64,000 nt of DNA from Pristiophorus japonicus (GCF_044704955.1 NC_091984.1:148366001-148430000), one strand, 5' to 3'. Positions 36,265 through 50,800 are shown, numbered from the stretch's first letter. Notes: generated by a model from the letters alone, not told the origin. Translations and numbers: made by a program.

Positions 36265-39200
36265 AAAGCCTTGAATTTATATAGCACCTTTCACAAACTC
36301 AGGACATCCCAAAGTGCTTTACAACCAATTGCACACAGGAAGATTTACGAGGATGTTGCCTGGACTAGAAAATTTTAGCCATAAGGAAAGATTGCATAGG
36401 CTGGGGTTGTCTTCTTTGGAATAAAGGAGGCTGAGGGGAGACCTTATTGAGATGTATAAAATTATGAGGGGCCGAGATAGCATGGATAGGAGGGACCTAG
36501 TTTTCCTGAGCAGACAGGTCAACAACCAGGACATAGATTTAAAGTAATTGGTAGGAGGTTTAGAGGGGATTTGAGGGTAAATGTCTTCAACCAGAGGGTG
36601 GTGGGGGTCTGGAACTCACTGCCTGAAAATGTGGTAGAGGCAGAAACCATCACCACATTTGAAAAGTACTTAGATGTGCACTTGAAGTGCTGTAACCTAA
36701 AGGGCTACGGACCAAGAGCTGGAAAGTGGGATTAGGCTGGATAGATCTTTGTCGGCCGGTGCGGACACGATGGGCCGAATGGCCTCCTTACATGTTGTAA
36801 ATTTCTCTGATTCTATGAAGTTCCCAGACTGCAATGAGATCCTGACCAGATCATCGGTTTTAACTATGTTGGTTGCGGGATAAATTTTGACCAGGACACT
36901 GGGAAGAATCCCCTTGCCCTTCCAGTAGTGATTATGAGATCTATCATGTCCACCTGAGAGAGCAGACGGGACTTCGGTTTAACGTCTCATCTGAAAGACA
37001 GGACCTCTGACAGAGGGATGATATATTAGAAGGATCATCAAATGAGGCCATGTGGGTTAAACTGATTAACATAAAAGGGGCAATCACATTGCTGGGTGTG
37101 TAATATAGACCCCTAAACAGTCAGAGGGAGATCGAAGAGTAAATATGTCGGCAAATTGCTGAGAAGGTCAAAAACAATCGGCCAACAATAGTCGGGGATT
37201 TCAACTCCCCTCACATTAACTGGGATGGAATCAGTGTCAAAGGTATAGAGGTCCCAGAATTCTTCAAATGCATTCAGGAGAACTTTTATAGCCAGTACGT
37301 AGCAAGCCCAACAAGGGAGAGGGCGGTTCTGGGCTCAGTTTTAGGGAATGAAGCTGGGCAGGTGGGAAAGGTATTTTGGTGCTAGTGATCATAATTCAGT
37401 TAGATTTAGCGTAGTTATGGAAAAGGACAAAGATGGAGCAGGAATAAAGGTTCTCAATTGTGGTAAGGCCCATTTTACTAAGCTGAGAGGTGATTTAGCA
37501 AAAGTGGGCTGGAAACAGCTGCTTGAAGGTAAATCAGTGTCAGAGCTGTGGGAGGCATTCAAGGGGGAGATAGTAAGGGTTCAGAGCAAGTATGTTCCCA
37601 CAAAGGAAAAGGGTGGCACTCCCAAATCTAGTTATGAGGAAAGATTGGATCGGTTGCAGTACAGTGGGACCTGGGGGTACTTGTGCATGAAACACAATAG
37701 GATAGTATGTAGGTACAGCAAGTGATCAGGAAGGCCAATGGAATCTTCGCCTTTATTGCAAAGGGGATGGAGTATAAAAGCAGGGAAGTCTTGCTACAGC
37801 TATACAGGGTATTGATGAGACCACACCTGGAATATTGCGTGCAGTTTTCGTTTCCATATTTACGAAAGGATATACTTGCTTTGGAAGCAATTCACAGGAG
37901 ATTCACTTGGTTGATTCTGGAAATGAGGTGGTTGACTTTAGAGGAAAGGTTGAGTAGGTTGGGCCTCTACTCAATGGAATGCAGAAGAATGATAGGTGAA
38001 CTTATGGAAACATATAAGATTATCAGGGGGCTTGACAAGGTGGATGCAGAGAGGATGTTTCCACTAATGGGGGAGACTAGAACAAGAGAGCATGATCTTA
38101 GAAGAAGGGGCCTCCCATTTACAACTGAGATGAGGAGAAATTTCTTCTCTCAGAGGATTGTACACCTATGGAATTTGCTGCCTCAGAGAGCTGTGGAAGC
38201 TGGGACATTGAATAAATTTACGACAGAGTTCGACAGTTTCTTAAATGATAAGAGGATAAGGAGTTATTGGGAGCGGGGAAGTGGAGCTGAGTCCATGATC
38301 AGATCAGCCATAATTTTATTGAATGGCGGAGCAGGCTCGAGGGGCAATATGGTCTACTCCTGTTCCTATTTCTTATGTTCTTATGTTGAAGGTAAATCAG
38401 TGTCAGAGCAGTGGGAGGCATTCAAGGGGGAGATAGTGAGGGTTCAGAGCAAGTATGTTCCCACAAAGGAAAAGGGTGGCACTCCCAAATCTAGAGCCCC
38501 TGGATGTCGAAGGGCATACAGGGTAGGTTAAGGCAAAAAAGGGAAGCTTATGTCAGATACCCAGAGCTAAATACTGCAGAAAGCCCAGAGGTGTATAGAA
38601 AGTGCAGGGGTGAAATTAAAAAGGAAATTAGGAATGCAAAGAGAGGGTATGAAAAAATATTGGCAAGTATAGTCAGGAAAAACTCAAAGATGTTTAATAA
38701 ATACATAAAGAGCAAGAGGATAACTAAAGAAAGAGTGTGGCCTATTGGAGACCAAAAAGGTAACCTGCGTGTGGAGGCAGAAACGTGGGAATAGTTCTAA
38801 ATGAATACTTTGTATCTACCTTCACAGAAGAGAGGGACGATGCAGACATTGTAATTAAGGAAGACAAGTGTGAAATATTAGATGAGATAAACATAGTGAG
38901 TGAAGAAGTATTAAGGGGTTTAGCATATAATCTATTCAACATTGTTAAGTGAAGCAAGGGAGGAAATAGCAGAGGCTCTGACCATAATTTTTCAATCTAC
39001 CCTGTTTCCAGGTGAGGTGTCGGAGGACTGGAGGACTGCTAACATGGTACCTTTGTTTAAAAAGGGGGAAAGAGATAGGCCGAGTAATAACAGGCCAGTC
39101 AGCTTAACCTCGGTGGTGGAAAAATTATTGGAAACAATTCCGAGGGAGAGGATAAATTGTCATATAGAAAGGGACGGATTAATCAAGGACAGTAAGCATG

Positions 39201-42200
39201 GATTTGTTAAGGGAATGTTGTGCCTGACTAACGTGATTGAATTTTTTGCGGAGATAACAAGGAGGGTCAATGAGTGTTGCATTTTTGATATAGTCTACAT
39301 GGATCTTTGCAAGGCTTTTGGCAAGGTCTCACATGGCAGAAAAGTAAAAAGCCCATGGGATCCAAGGGCAAGTGGCAAGTTGAATCCAAAAATGGCTCAG
39401 TGGCAGGAAGCAAAGGGTAATGGTCAATGAGTGTTTTTGTGACTGGAAGGTTGTTTCGAGTATTGTTCCGCAGGGCTCAGTACTAAGTCCCTTGCGCATT
39501 GTAATATACACCAATGATTTAGAATTCAATGTAGGGGACATGATTAAGAATTTTCTGATGATACAAAAATTGGCTGTGCGATTGATAGTGAGGAAGAAAG
39601 CTGTAGACAGCAGGAAGATATCAATGGACTGGTCAGGTGGGCAGAACTGTGGCAAAAGGAATTCAATCCCGAGAACTGTGAGGTAATGCATTTGGGGAAG
39701 TCTAACAACGCAAATGAATACACATTACATGATAGGACACTGAGAATTCCCTGGATTCTTGGGAGGTTCCAGCAGTTTGGAAAACTGCAAATGTAACGCC
39801 CCTATTTAAAAAAGGAGGCAGACAAAAAGCAGGAAATTATAGACCAGTTAGCCTAACATAACTGTGGTTGGGAAAATGTTGGAATCCATTATTAAAGAAG
39901 CAGTAGCAGGACATTTGGATAAGCAAAATTTGGTCAGGCAGAGTCAGCATGGATTTACGAAGGGGAAGTCATGTTTGACAAATTTTCTGGAGTTCTTTGA
40001 GGATGTAACGAATAGGGTGGATAAAGACTTCCAGCAGGCATTTGACAAGGTGCCACATAAAAGGTTACTGCACAAGATAAAAGTTCACGGGGTTTGGGGT
40101 AGTATATTAGAATGGATAGAGGATTGGCCAATGAACAGAAAACAGAGAGTCACGATAAATGGTTCATTCTCGGGTTGGCAATCCATAACAAGTGGGGTGC
40201 TGCAGGGATCAGTGTTGGGACCCCAACTATTTGCAATCTATATTAATGATTTGGATGAAGGGACCGAGTGTAACGTAGCCATGTTTGCTGATGATACAAA
40301 GATGGGAGTAAAAGCAATGTGTGAGGAAGACACAAAAAACCTGCAAAAAGGCATAGACAGGCAAAGTGAGCTGGCAAAAATTTGGCAGATTCAGTATCAT
40401 GTTGGAAAGTGTGAGGTTATGCACATTGGCAGAAAAAAATCAAAGAGCAAGTTTTATTCGAATAGAGAAAAATTGCAAAGTGCTGTAGTACAGCGGGACC
40501 TGGGGGTAATTGTGCATGAAACACAAAAGGATAGTATGCAGGTACAGCAAGTGATCAGGAAGGCCAATGGTTTCTTGGCCATTATTGCAGTGGGAATGAA
40601 ATATAAAAGCAGGGAAGTCTTGCTTCAGTTATATAGGGTATTGGTGAGGAATACTGCGTGCAATTTTGGTTTCCATATTTAAGAAAGGATATACTTGCTT
40701 TGGATGCAGTTCAGAGAAGGTTCACTAGATTGATTCCAGAGCTGAGGGGGATTGTCTTTTGAGGAAAGGTTGAGTAGGTTGGGCATCTACTCATTGGAAT
40801 TCAGAAGAATGAGAGGTGATCTTATCGAAACATGTAAGATTATGAGGGGGCTTGACAAGGTGGATGCAGAGAGGATGTTTCCACTGATAGGGGAGACTAG
40901 AACTAGGGGACTGAGGTGAGAGCGAGATGAGGAAGAATTTCTTCTCTCAGAATCTTTAATCTCTAATTATTCTCTAATCTCCGGATTACTCCCGGTGCCA
41001 CGAGCTGGTGAATACAGAAACAGGAGGATAGAGCAGATGAATGCGTGACTGGAGAGATGGTGCAGGTGGGACGCTTTAGTTTCCTGAGACATTGAGACCG
41101 TTTCTGGGGGAGGTGGGACCTGTACAAACCGGCCGGGTTGCTCCTCAACAGAGCCGGGACCAATATCCTCGAGGGGAGCATTTGTTAGTGATGTTGGGGA
41201 GGGTTTAAACTAGCTTGGCAGGGGGATGGGAACCTGAGAATAGATTCAGTAGGGAGGGGACTAAAGCTGGAATTAGAAAGCAAAAATAAATAAAGTGAGT
41301 TTGAAGGAGAGAGGAAACAAGCAGATAAAAAGGGTAAAAAAACAAATTCAAAGACTCTTTGTCTAAATAACAAAATAGATGAGTTGACGGCACAAATAGA
41401 TACAAATGAATATGATCTGATAGCCATTACAGAGACATGGTTGCAAGGTGACCAGGACTGGGAACTAAATACTCAGGAGTCCTTGACAATCCGGAAGGAC
41501 AGACAGAAATGTAAAGGAGGTGGGGTAGCTCCATTGATAAAGGATGGAATCACTGCAATAGTGAGAAATGATATTGGCTCAAATGATCAGGATGTTGAAA
41601 CAGTTTGGATGGAGATGAGGAATAATAAAGGGAAAAAATCACTGATGGGCGTAGTCTATAGGCCCCCCTAGCAGAAGCAACTCTGTTGGTCGGAGTATAA
41701 AGCAAGAAATAGTGGTGGCTTGTAAAAAGTGAACAGCAATAATTCTGGGTGATTTTAACCTCCACATTGATTGGATAAATCAAATCAGGCAGGGTAGTCT
41801 TGAGGAAGAGTTCATAGAGTGCATAAGAGATGGGTTCCCTGAGCAGTATGTAACGGAACCAACCAGGGGGCAGGCTATCTTAGATCTGGTCCTGTGTAAT
41901 GAGACAGTATTAATAAACAATCTCCTAGTAAAGGATACCCTTGGACTGAGTGATGATAACATGGTTCAATTTCAAATTCAGATGGGGTGGGGGGGTGAGA
42001 AAGTTGGATCTCTAACCAGCGTACTAAGCTTAAATAAAGGAGACTACAAAGGTATGAGGGCAGAGTTGGCTAAAGTGGACTGGGAAAATAGATTAAAGTA
42101 TAGGACAGCTGATGAACAGTGGCGTACATATAAGGAGATATTTCACAACTCTCAAGAAAAATATATTCCAGTGAGGAGGAAATGGTGTAAAAGAAAAGAT

Positions 42201-45200
42201 AGCCATCTGTGGCTAACTAAAGAAATAAAGGACGGTATCCAATTAAAAACAAGGGCATACAAAGGGTCCCAAACTAGTGGGAGGACTGAAGATTGGGAAG
42301 CTTTTAAAAGCCAGCAAAGAATGACTAAAAAAGTGATTAAGAAAGGGAAGATAGACTATGAAAGTAAACTAGCACAAAATATAAAAACAGATAGCAAGAG
42401 TTTCTATAGGTATATAAAAAGGAAAAGAGTGGCTAAAGTAAATGATGGTCCCTGAGAGGACAAAACGAGGGAATTAATAATGGAAACATGGAGATGGCAG
42501 AAACTCCGAACAGTTTTTAGAGTAGAGGACACTGAGATGAGGAGGAATTTCTTCTCTCAGATGATTGCAAATCTGTGGAATTTGCTGCCTGAGAGAGCTG
42601 TGGAAGCTGGGTTAGAGAAGATATTTAAGACAGAGATAGATAGTTTCTTAACACTCAATGGAATAAGGGGTTATGGGGAGCGGGCTGGGAATTAACCTGA
42701 GTCCATGATCGGATCGGCCATGATCGTATTAAATGGTGGAGCAGGCTCGAGGGGCCCTGTGGCCTACTCCTGCTCCTATTTCTTATGTTCTTTAACTGGG
42801 GAGGAGTGGGAATAATTGGGTAATTCTTTCAAAGAGCCGGCACAGGCACGATGGGCTGAATGGCCTCCTTCTGTGCTGTAAGATTCTAGGCTGTGAGCGT
42901 GGTTCACAGTTTTCTCCCGTGTCGTTAACAAACGTACAGCTGTGACAACCTCCCTCTTTCACTTCCTCTGTGGGTGAAGTTTCATTCTTCCGATCTGACA
43001 GTCTCTTCAGTTATTTTTTCCATGGAGGATTTCTGCTGTGGTCTGAGCATCTAATAATAACCGTCCAATCAGGCAGAATAACAGCAGCTCGAACCGGCTA
43101 GGACAGCGGACCCAGGCTCAGTGCTGACCCTGCAACGTCCTCCTTACCAACATCTGAGGACTTGTGCCAAAAGTGGGAGAGCTGCCCCACAGACTAGTCA
43201 AGCACCAGCCTGACATAGTCCTACTCACAGAATCAGACCTTTCAGCCAATGTCCTACTGCCCCCTCTCTCCGCCCCCGAAATCCCATGAATCCTTAAACA
43301 GGAACCCTTTTGAAGAACAGTGTGTTCTGAGATCCTGGCTGGGAGAGATTCTGTGCTGAGAAAACAATCGCTACCATTCGTGAAAAAGTACTCAGTAAAA
43401 TAATGGAACTAAAGGTGGACAAGTCCCCTGGACCTGATGGCCAGCATCCTAGGGTCTTTAATGAAGTGGATGCATAAATTGTGGATGCATTGGTTGAAAT
43501 TTATCTTTCCTTTCTTTATTGCTTCTTAGTCATTCTTTGCTGTCGTTTAAAATTTCCCAATCTTCTAGTTTCCCACTAACCTTGGCCACCTTATACTCAT
43601 TGGTTTTTAATTTGATACTCTCCTTTATTTCCTTGGTTATCCACGCCTGGTTATCCCTTCTCTTACCGCCCTTCAGAAAGATAGACAAGAAGGGAAAGGA
43701 GGTGGGGTAGCTCTGTTAATAAAGGATGATATCAGAGCAGTTGTGAGAGATGATATTGGATCTAATAAAACAAAATGTTGAATCATTGTGAATGGAGATT
43801 AGAGATAGTCAGGGGAAAAAGTCACTGGTGGGCGTAATTTATAGGCCCCCAAATAATAACTTCACGGTGGGGCGGACAATAATCAAGGGAATAATGGAGG
43901 CATGTGAAAAAGGAACGGCAGTAATCATGGGGGATTTTAACCTACATACCGATTGGTCAAATCAAATCGCACGGGGTAGCCTTGAAGAGGAATTCATAGA
44001 ATGCATACGGGATTGTTTCTTAGAACAGTATGTTACAGAACCTACAAGGGAGCAAGCTATCTTAGATCTGGTCCTGTGTAATGAGACAGGAATAATAAAC
44101 GATCTCCTTGTAAAAGATCCTCTCGGAATGAGTGATCACAGTATGGTTGAATTTATAATACAGATTGAGGGTGAGGGAGTCGTGTCTCAAACGAGCGTAC
44201 TATGCTTAAACAAAGGGGACTACAGTGGGATGAGGGCAGAGTTGGCTAAAGTAGACTGGCAACACAGACTAAACGGTGGCACACTTGAGGAACAGTGGAG
44301 GACTTTTAAGGAGCTCTTTCATAGTGCTCAACAAAAATATATTCCAGTGAAAAAGATGGTCGGTAAGAGAAGGGATAACCAGCCATGGACAACCAAGGAA
44401 ATAAAGGAGAGTATCAAATTAAAAACAATGCATATAAGGTGGCCAAGGTTAGTGGGAAACAAGAAGATTGGGAAAATTTTAAACGACAGCAAAGAATGAC
44501 TAAGAAAGCAATAAGGAAAGGAAAGATCGATTATCAAAGTAAACTTGCGCAAAACATAAAAACAGATAGTAAAAGCTTTTACCGATATATAAAACGGAAA
44601 AGAGTGACTAATGTAAATGTTGGTCCCTTAGAAGATGAGATGGGGGATTTAATAATGGGAAATGTGGAAATGGCTGAGACCTTAAACAATTATTTTGCTT
44701 CGGTCTTCAAAGTGGAAGACACAAAAACCATGCCAAAAATTGCTGGTCATGGGAATGTGGGAAGTGAGGACTTTGAGACAATCACTATCACTAGGTGGGT
44801 AGTGCTGGACAGGCTAATGGGACTCAAGGTAGACAAGTCCCCTGGTCCTCATGAAATGCATCCCAGGGTATTAAAATAGATGGCGGAAGTTATAGCAGAT
44901 GCATTCGTTATAATCTACCAAAATTCTCTGAACTCTGTTTAAAAAAGGGGGCAGACAAAAGGCAGTTAACTAAAGGCCAGATAGTTTAACATCTGTAGTG
45001 GGGAAAATGCTTGAAGCGATCATTAAGGAAGAAATGGCCGGACATCTAGATAGGAATAGTGCAATCAAGCAGACGCAACATGGATTCATGAAGGGGAAAT
45101 CATGTTTAACTAATTTACCGGAATTCTTTGAGGATATAACGAGCAAGGTGGATAGAGGTGTACCGATGGATGTAGAGTATTTGGATTTCCAAAAGGCATT

Positions 45201-47800
45201 CGATAAGGTGCCACATAAAAGGTTACTGCAGAAGATAAAGGTACGCGGAGTCAGAGGAAATGTATTAGCATGGATAGAGAATTGGCTAACTAACAGAAAG
45301 CAGAGAGTTGGGATAAATGGGTCCTTTTCAGGTTGGCAATCGGTGATTAGTGGTGTGCCACAGGGATTGGTGCTGGGGCCACAACTGTTTACAATATACA
45401 TAGATGACCTGGAAGAGGGGACAGAGTGTAGTGTAACAAAATTTGCAGATGACACAAAGATTAGTGGGAAAGCGGGTTGTGCAGAGGACACAGAGAGGCT
45501 GCAAAGAGATTTAGATAGGTTAAGCGAATGGGCTAAGGTTTGGCAGATGGAATACAATGTCAGAAAATGTGAGGTCATCCACCTTGAAAAAAAAACAGTA
45601 AAAGTGAATATTATTTGAATGAGGAGAAATTACAACATGCTGCGGTGCAGAGGGACCTGGGGGGCCTTGTGAATGAATCACAAAATGTTAGTTTGCAGGT
45701 GCAGCAGGTAATCAGGAAGGCAAATGGAATGTTGGCCTTCATTGCGAGAGGGATGGAGTACAAAAGCAAGGAGGTCCTGCTGCAACTGTATAGGGTATTG
45801 GTGAGGCCGCACCTGGAGTACTGCGTGCAGTTTTGGTCACCATACTTAAAGAAGTATATACTAGCTTTGGAGGGGGTACAGAGACGATTCACTAGGTTGA
45901 TTCCGCAGATGAGAGGGTTACCTTATGATGATAGATTGAGTAGACTGGGTCATTACTCGTTGGAGTTCAGAAGGATGAGGGGTGATCTTATAGAAACATT
46001 TAAAATAATGAAAGGGATAGACAAGATAGAGGCAGAGAGGTTGTTTCCACTGGTTGGGGAGACTAGAACTAGGGGGCACAGCATCAAAATACGGGGGAGC
46101 CAATTTAAAACCGAGTTGAGAAGGAATTTCTTCTCCCAGAGGGTTGTGAATCTGTGGAATTCTCTGCCCAAGGAAGCAGTTCAGGCTAGCTCATTGAATG
46201 TATTCAAGTCACAGATAGATAGATTTTTAACAATAAGGGAATTAAGGATTATGGGGAGCGGGCGGGTAAGTGGAGCTGAGTCCACGGCCAGGTCAGCCAT
46301 GATCTTGTTGAATGGTGGAGCAGGCTCGAGGGGCGAGATGGCCTACTCCTGTTCCTAATTCTTATATTCTTATGTTCTTATGTACCAAATTCTGGAGAGG
46401 TCCCAGCAGATTGGAAAACCGCAAATATAACGCCCTTATTTAAAAAAGGGAGACAGAAAGCAGGAATATAGACCAGTTAGTCTAACATCTGTCGTTGGGA
46501 AAATGCTGGAGTTCATTATCAAGGAAGCAGTAGCAGGACATTTGGGAAAGCATAATTCAATCAAGCAGAGTCAGCCTGTTTTTATGAAAGTGAAATCATG
46601 CTTGACACATTTGTTGGAGTTCTTTGAGGACGTAACACGCAGGGTGGCTATGGGGGAACAAGTGGATGTGGTGTATTTGGATTTCTAGAAGGGATTCAAT
46701 AAGATGCCACATAAAAGATTACCACTCACAATAAGAGAACATGGGTTTGGTGCTAATATATTAGCATGGATAGAGGATTGGCTAACTCGCAGAAAACAGG
46801 GAGTCAGGATAAATGGGTCATTTTCTGGTAGGCAAACGGTAACTAGTGGGGTTTCACAGGGATCGGTGTTGGGGCCTCAACTATTTACAATCTATGGTAA
46901 TAACTTGTATGAAGGGACCGAGTGTAAAAAATCGAATAGCAAATTATTATTTAAATGGAGAGAGATTACAAAATGCTGCAATACAGAGGGACCTGGGGGT
47001 CCTTGCGCATGAAACACAAAAAGTTAGTATGCAAGCACAGCAAGTAATCAGGACGGCAAATGGAATGTTGGCCTTAATTGCAAGGGGGATGGAGTATAAA
47101 AGCAGGGAAGTCCTGCTACATCTGTACAGGGTATTGGTGAGACCACACCGAGAGTACTGTGTACAGTTTTGGTCCCCTTATTATAAGGAGGGATATATTT
47201 GCACTGGAGGCAGTTCAGATAAGGTTCACGAGGTTGATTCCTGAGATGAAGGGGCTGACTTATGAAGAAAGGTTGAGCAAGTTACCAGAACATAAGAAAT
47301 AGGCCCCTCCGCCATTCAATAAGATCATGGCTGATCTGATCATGTACTCAGCTCCACTTCCATGCCTGCTCCACCTATACTCTTTGGAGTTTAGAAGAAT
47401 GAGAGATGAACTTATTGAAACATGTAAGATTCTGAGGTGGCTCGACAAGGTAGATGCAGAGAGGATGTTTCCACTAATAGGGGAATCTAGAACTCGGGGG
47501 CAGAGTTTAAGAATAAGAGGTCACCCATTTAGAATTGAGATGAGGAGGAATTTCTTCTCTCAGAGGGTTGTAAATCTGTTCAATTCTCTGCCTGAGAGAG
47601 TTGTGGAGGCTGTGTCATTGAATATATTTAAGGTGGAGATAGACAGATTTTTGAACGATAAGGCAGTAAAGGATTATGGGGAGCGGGCAGGGAAGTGGAG
47701 CTGAGCCCAGGATCAGATCAGCCATGATCTTATTGATTGGCGGAGCAGGCTCGAGGGGCCAAATGGCCTAGTCCTGCTCCTATTTCTTATGTACTTATGA
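36265..47800 (+). mobile_element. Nested mosaic of degraded CR1 LINE copies (mostly plus strand; the longest spans ~43670-46385) and SINE fragments
   Basis: Repeated EN and RT motifs in ORFs 37722-38531, 39864-40682, 41384-42455, 43792-46358 and 46503-47704, with multiple (TTCTTATG)n tails. Confidence 0.92.
42530..43256 (+). repeat. Copy A of an inverted segmental duplication (partner 53500-54230) with a non-repeat core
   Basis: Colinear reverse-complement similarity across several unrelated repeat junctions and a ~230-bp unique-looking core. Confidence 0.9.
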
Positions 47801-47804
47801 TTCT

Positions 47805-50800
47805 TTAGCCGAGAATTTCCCCGGTGTGGCGCCAGCCATTTAGAGGGTTTTGTTGAAATAATCGCAGCCGCCTTGCTTGCGGCCTGGGACACGTCATCCA
47901 CCATTTTGGTTAGGGCCTTACCGCAGTCGTTGGCAGCACTCGCCTCACAATGTGGATTGTCAGATGGTGACACCAATGCCTGACTCGAGCCATGACTGTT
48001 AATTGGGGCGTTTGCGCTCACCATATGGCCCTGCCCTAAGCACACACAGAAAAGCAGGCGTGAAGCAACCCTGCACAGATGCTGTTGGTGCTTCTTAACG
48101 GGGCACACATCTTTCAGGTATGTTTGCATTTAAGCTCTGGACTGTTTAAAACAATATATTTTATGGAAGTAGTAGCTTGGTGCAATAAATGTTCAATGTT
48201 ATTTCAGTGTGCAGGGAATGCAAGGGGTGCTGCTGGACACGTGCAAGGCCTCGGGTGGTAAAGACCGGGAATGCTGGAAATACTCAGCAGGCCAGGCAGC
48301 ATCCATGGAGAGAGACAGAGTTAACGTTTCAGCTCAAGATGCTGCCTGACCTGCTGAGTATTTCCTACATTTACTGCCTTTATTTCAGATTTCCAGCTTC
48401 TGCTCGCAAAGGGAGGAGGAGGAAGTGGAAGGAAGGAGGCAACCCAGACAGCCGCTTTCTGGCCGGGATATCTGGGATCGAATCATCGCCTGTGGTCCCA
48501 GTGACCACAACCCCAATCCCCTTTCAGCATTAGTCCCACACCTTACCGTCCCTCTGTTACTGACCATCACAGCGTCCTCTTGGCCACAATGCTGAAATAA
48601 AAGCCCCCACAAAGCAAACTTTTCAATCCAACTTTATCCATATCTGCATCCAATAATACATCAAAAGATCAACTGATCGCCATTAGTCACTGTCTTGTGT
48701 GTGTCTTTGCCCCTATCGTACTGATGTCACGCAGTGCTACCCCAGGGGCTGCAGCAGGGCTGCTGGAAGGCTGCTGACTTTCAGTGGGGGACACTGCAGA
48801 TGGCCTTGCTGGTCGACCTTGAGGAGCGGGTGGCTGGGAGTGAGAAATCGAGTGATGGTGTGCCTTCACTCTCCTCTCGCTCTGCTTGGTCACCCGTGGG
48901 CTGGGCAGGCTGGATTTGGGTGTGTGAAATGAGGAAGGGCGGAGTTGTGGTGAGGGGAGGCGGGAAAGCAAGAGCTGCCTGCTTACACCCTGCACACCTT
49001 GTAAATTAGAAGCGATTCTAATTCTGAGGGGGGAAGTGGTACGTGAGAAGGAGGATAACGTACGAGGATACCAGCATCTTATATCTCAGCCATGCCCCTG
49101 CCAAGAATGGCCTGCAGCGTCTTCTCCAAGGGGGTGAGGTGAGGCTGGGACTGGGAAGTGTGCCTGGTGTTTGGTACAGATTGTTGGTATGTGAGCGATT
49201 GCGGGGGGCAGGGGGTCGGACATTGAGCAGTGTGCGAGGCTAGTGGTGCAGTTGGTAGGAGACGGCTTTTGAAGATGCTCTCCCTGACCTTGACCAGTGG
49301 TCTGAGGGCATGAAACTTCTGTGGGCAGTGGTGCCAGATGTTGGGGGCGACACTGCATCCAATATTACATCAAAAAGCCCACTAATCTCCCGTTGCATTC
49401 CCTTGGTGTCTGCCTTGTGTGTGTCTTTGCCTGTCCGAGTGCTCCTATGCACTGATACCCCAGGGGCTGCAGCATGGCTGCTGGAAGGCTGCTGACTTTC
49501 AGTTGGGGAGACTGGAGATGGCCTTGGAGGGCGACCTCGAGCAGCTCTGGGCCTGGAAGGCCCGGCTGCGGACTGTACCACCTCGGCCTTGGCGGCAGCA
49601 GTCTGAGCTGGCTGGCTGACAGGCAACAGCATCGACACTGGTGGAGTGGCAGTGGTGGGATTAGAAATGCTGTCATTCTGAGAGAGGGCAGTAGGTTTGT
49701 GCACCACGGAGCCACTGCCACTCCCCTGGGGGGAGGGGGTGCATCATTCCTGGGGGACAGATTACTGGTCTGCTGTGACACGCTGCAAGCCCCTTTGAAC
49801 ACTGGAATTTGCAGCCATGATGGCAGCAGTCTGAGATTTCATGGCATTGGGTGGCTGCTGCTTGTGCTGCAATGGAAGCCGAGACATCGACCATCAGACG
49901 CTGCATCATGGCTGGGTCCACAAGGGCCCTAATGGAGTGGGCCACCATTCCGTGCTGGAAAGAATGGGCTCCAAGCTCTGCACAAAGCCCTGTGCCAAGC
50001 TGGTGCCCGACTCCTCCGTGCTTCTTGACATTGAGTGCAGGCTTTCTGGCAGGGTTCCCAATACACCAAGCATTTCATTGTACATACCCATCAGCCTTCT
50101 TCTGTAGCCCGCCCATCGAAATCCTCATCTGAGTACTCTACACCAGAACCCGTGTGTGACCTCACCTGATATGTCCTTACTATACAGTATAAATGCACAC
50201 GAGGCCCATGCTTGAGAGAAGGTCAGTCTGTGACCTGTCCTTTATTCCTTAGCACTCCAAGTGATGAAGGTGGGTGGAGCTTCCCCTTTTGTACCTGAAG
50301 GCCCAGGTTAGGAGTGTCTCCCACCTAGTGGTCATTGTTCTCACAGTGTACAACTTTGGCCAGATTATACATGGGTTACAATGCTGGTTGAATACATGAC
50401 ATCACCCTTCGGCGAGCTGGAACCTGCACCACCCTTGCCCCCTGCCCTGGCTGCAGGCCCCTCGTGCCCGGTGTCTCACCACGTGCCTCTACACTACCCT
50501 CTACATTATACGCAGTGTCAGTATCTGAGCTGGTGGCTGTGAGTGTGAAATGGAGTGATGGTGTGTCTTCACCATCATGTCTTCTGTCTTTTCCACCTCT
50601 TGCTCTTCCAACACTGCCTGGCCAAGTGGCAGTTCCTGGGTATGTGAAAGGAGAAAGGTACAAGGGGAGGGTTGCAGTGCCGGTAGGGTGGTGGGGGGGT
50701 CGCTGTAAGAGGGGCATGCTTTACACCATCTGCAGCTTGTAAATCAGAAGGGATTGTGGACTGAGGGGGACGTGGGATGTGAGAAGGAGGATTAGGTAGG

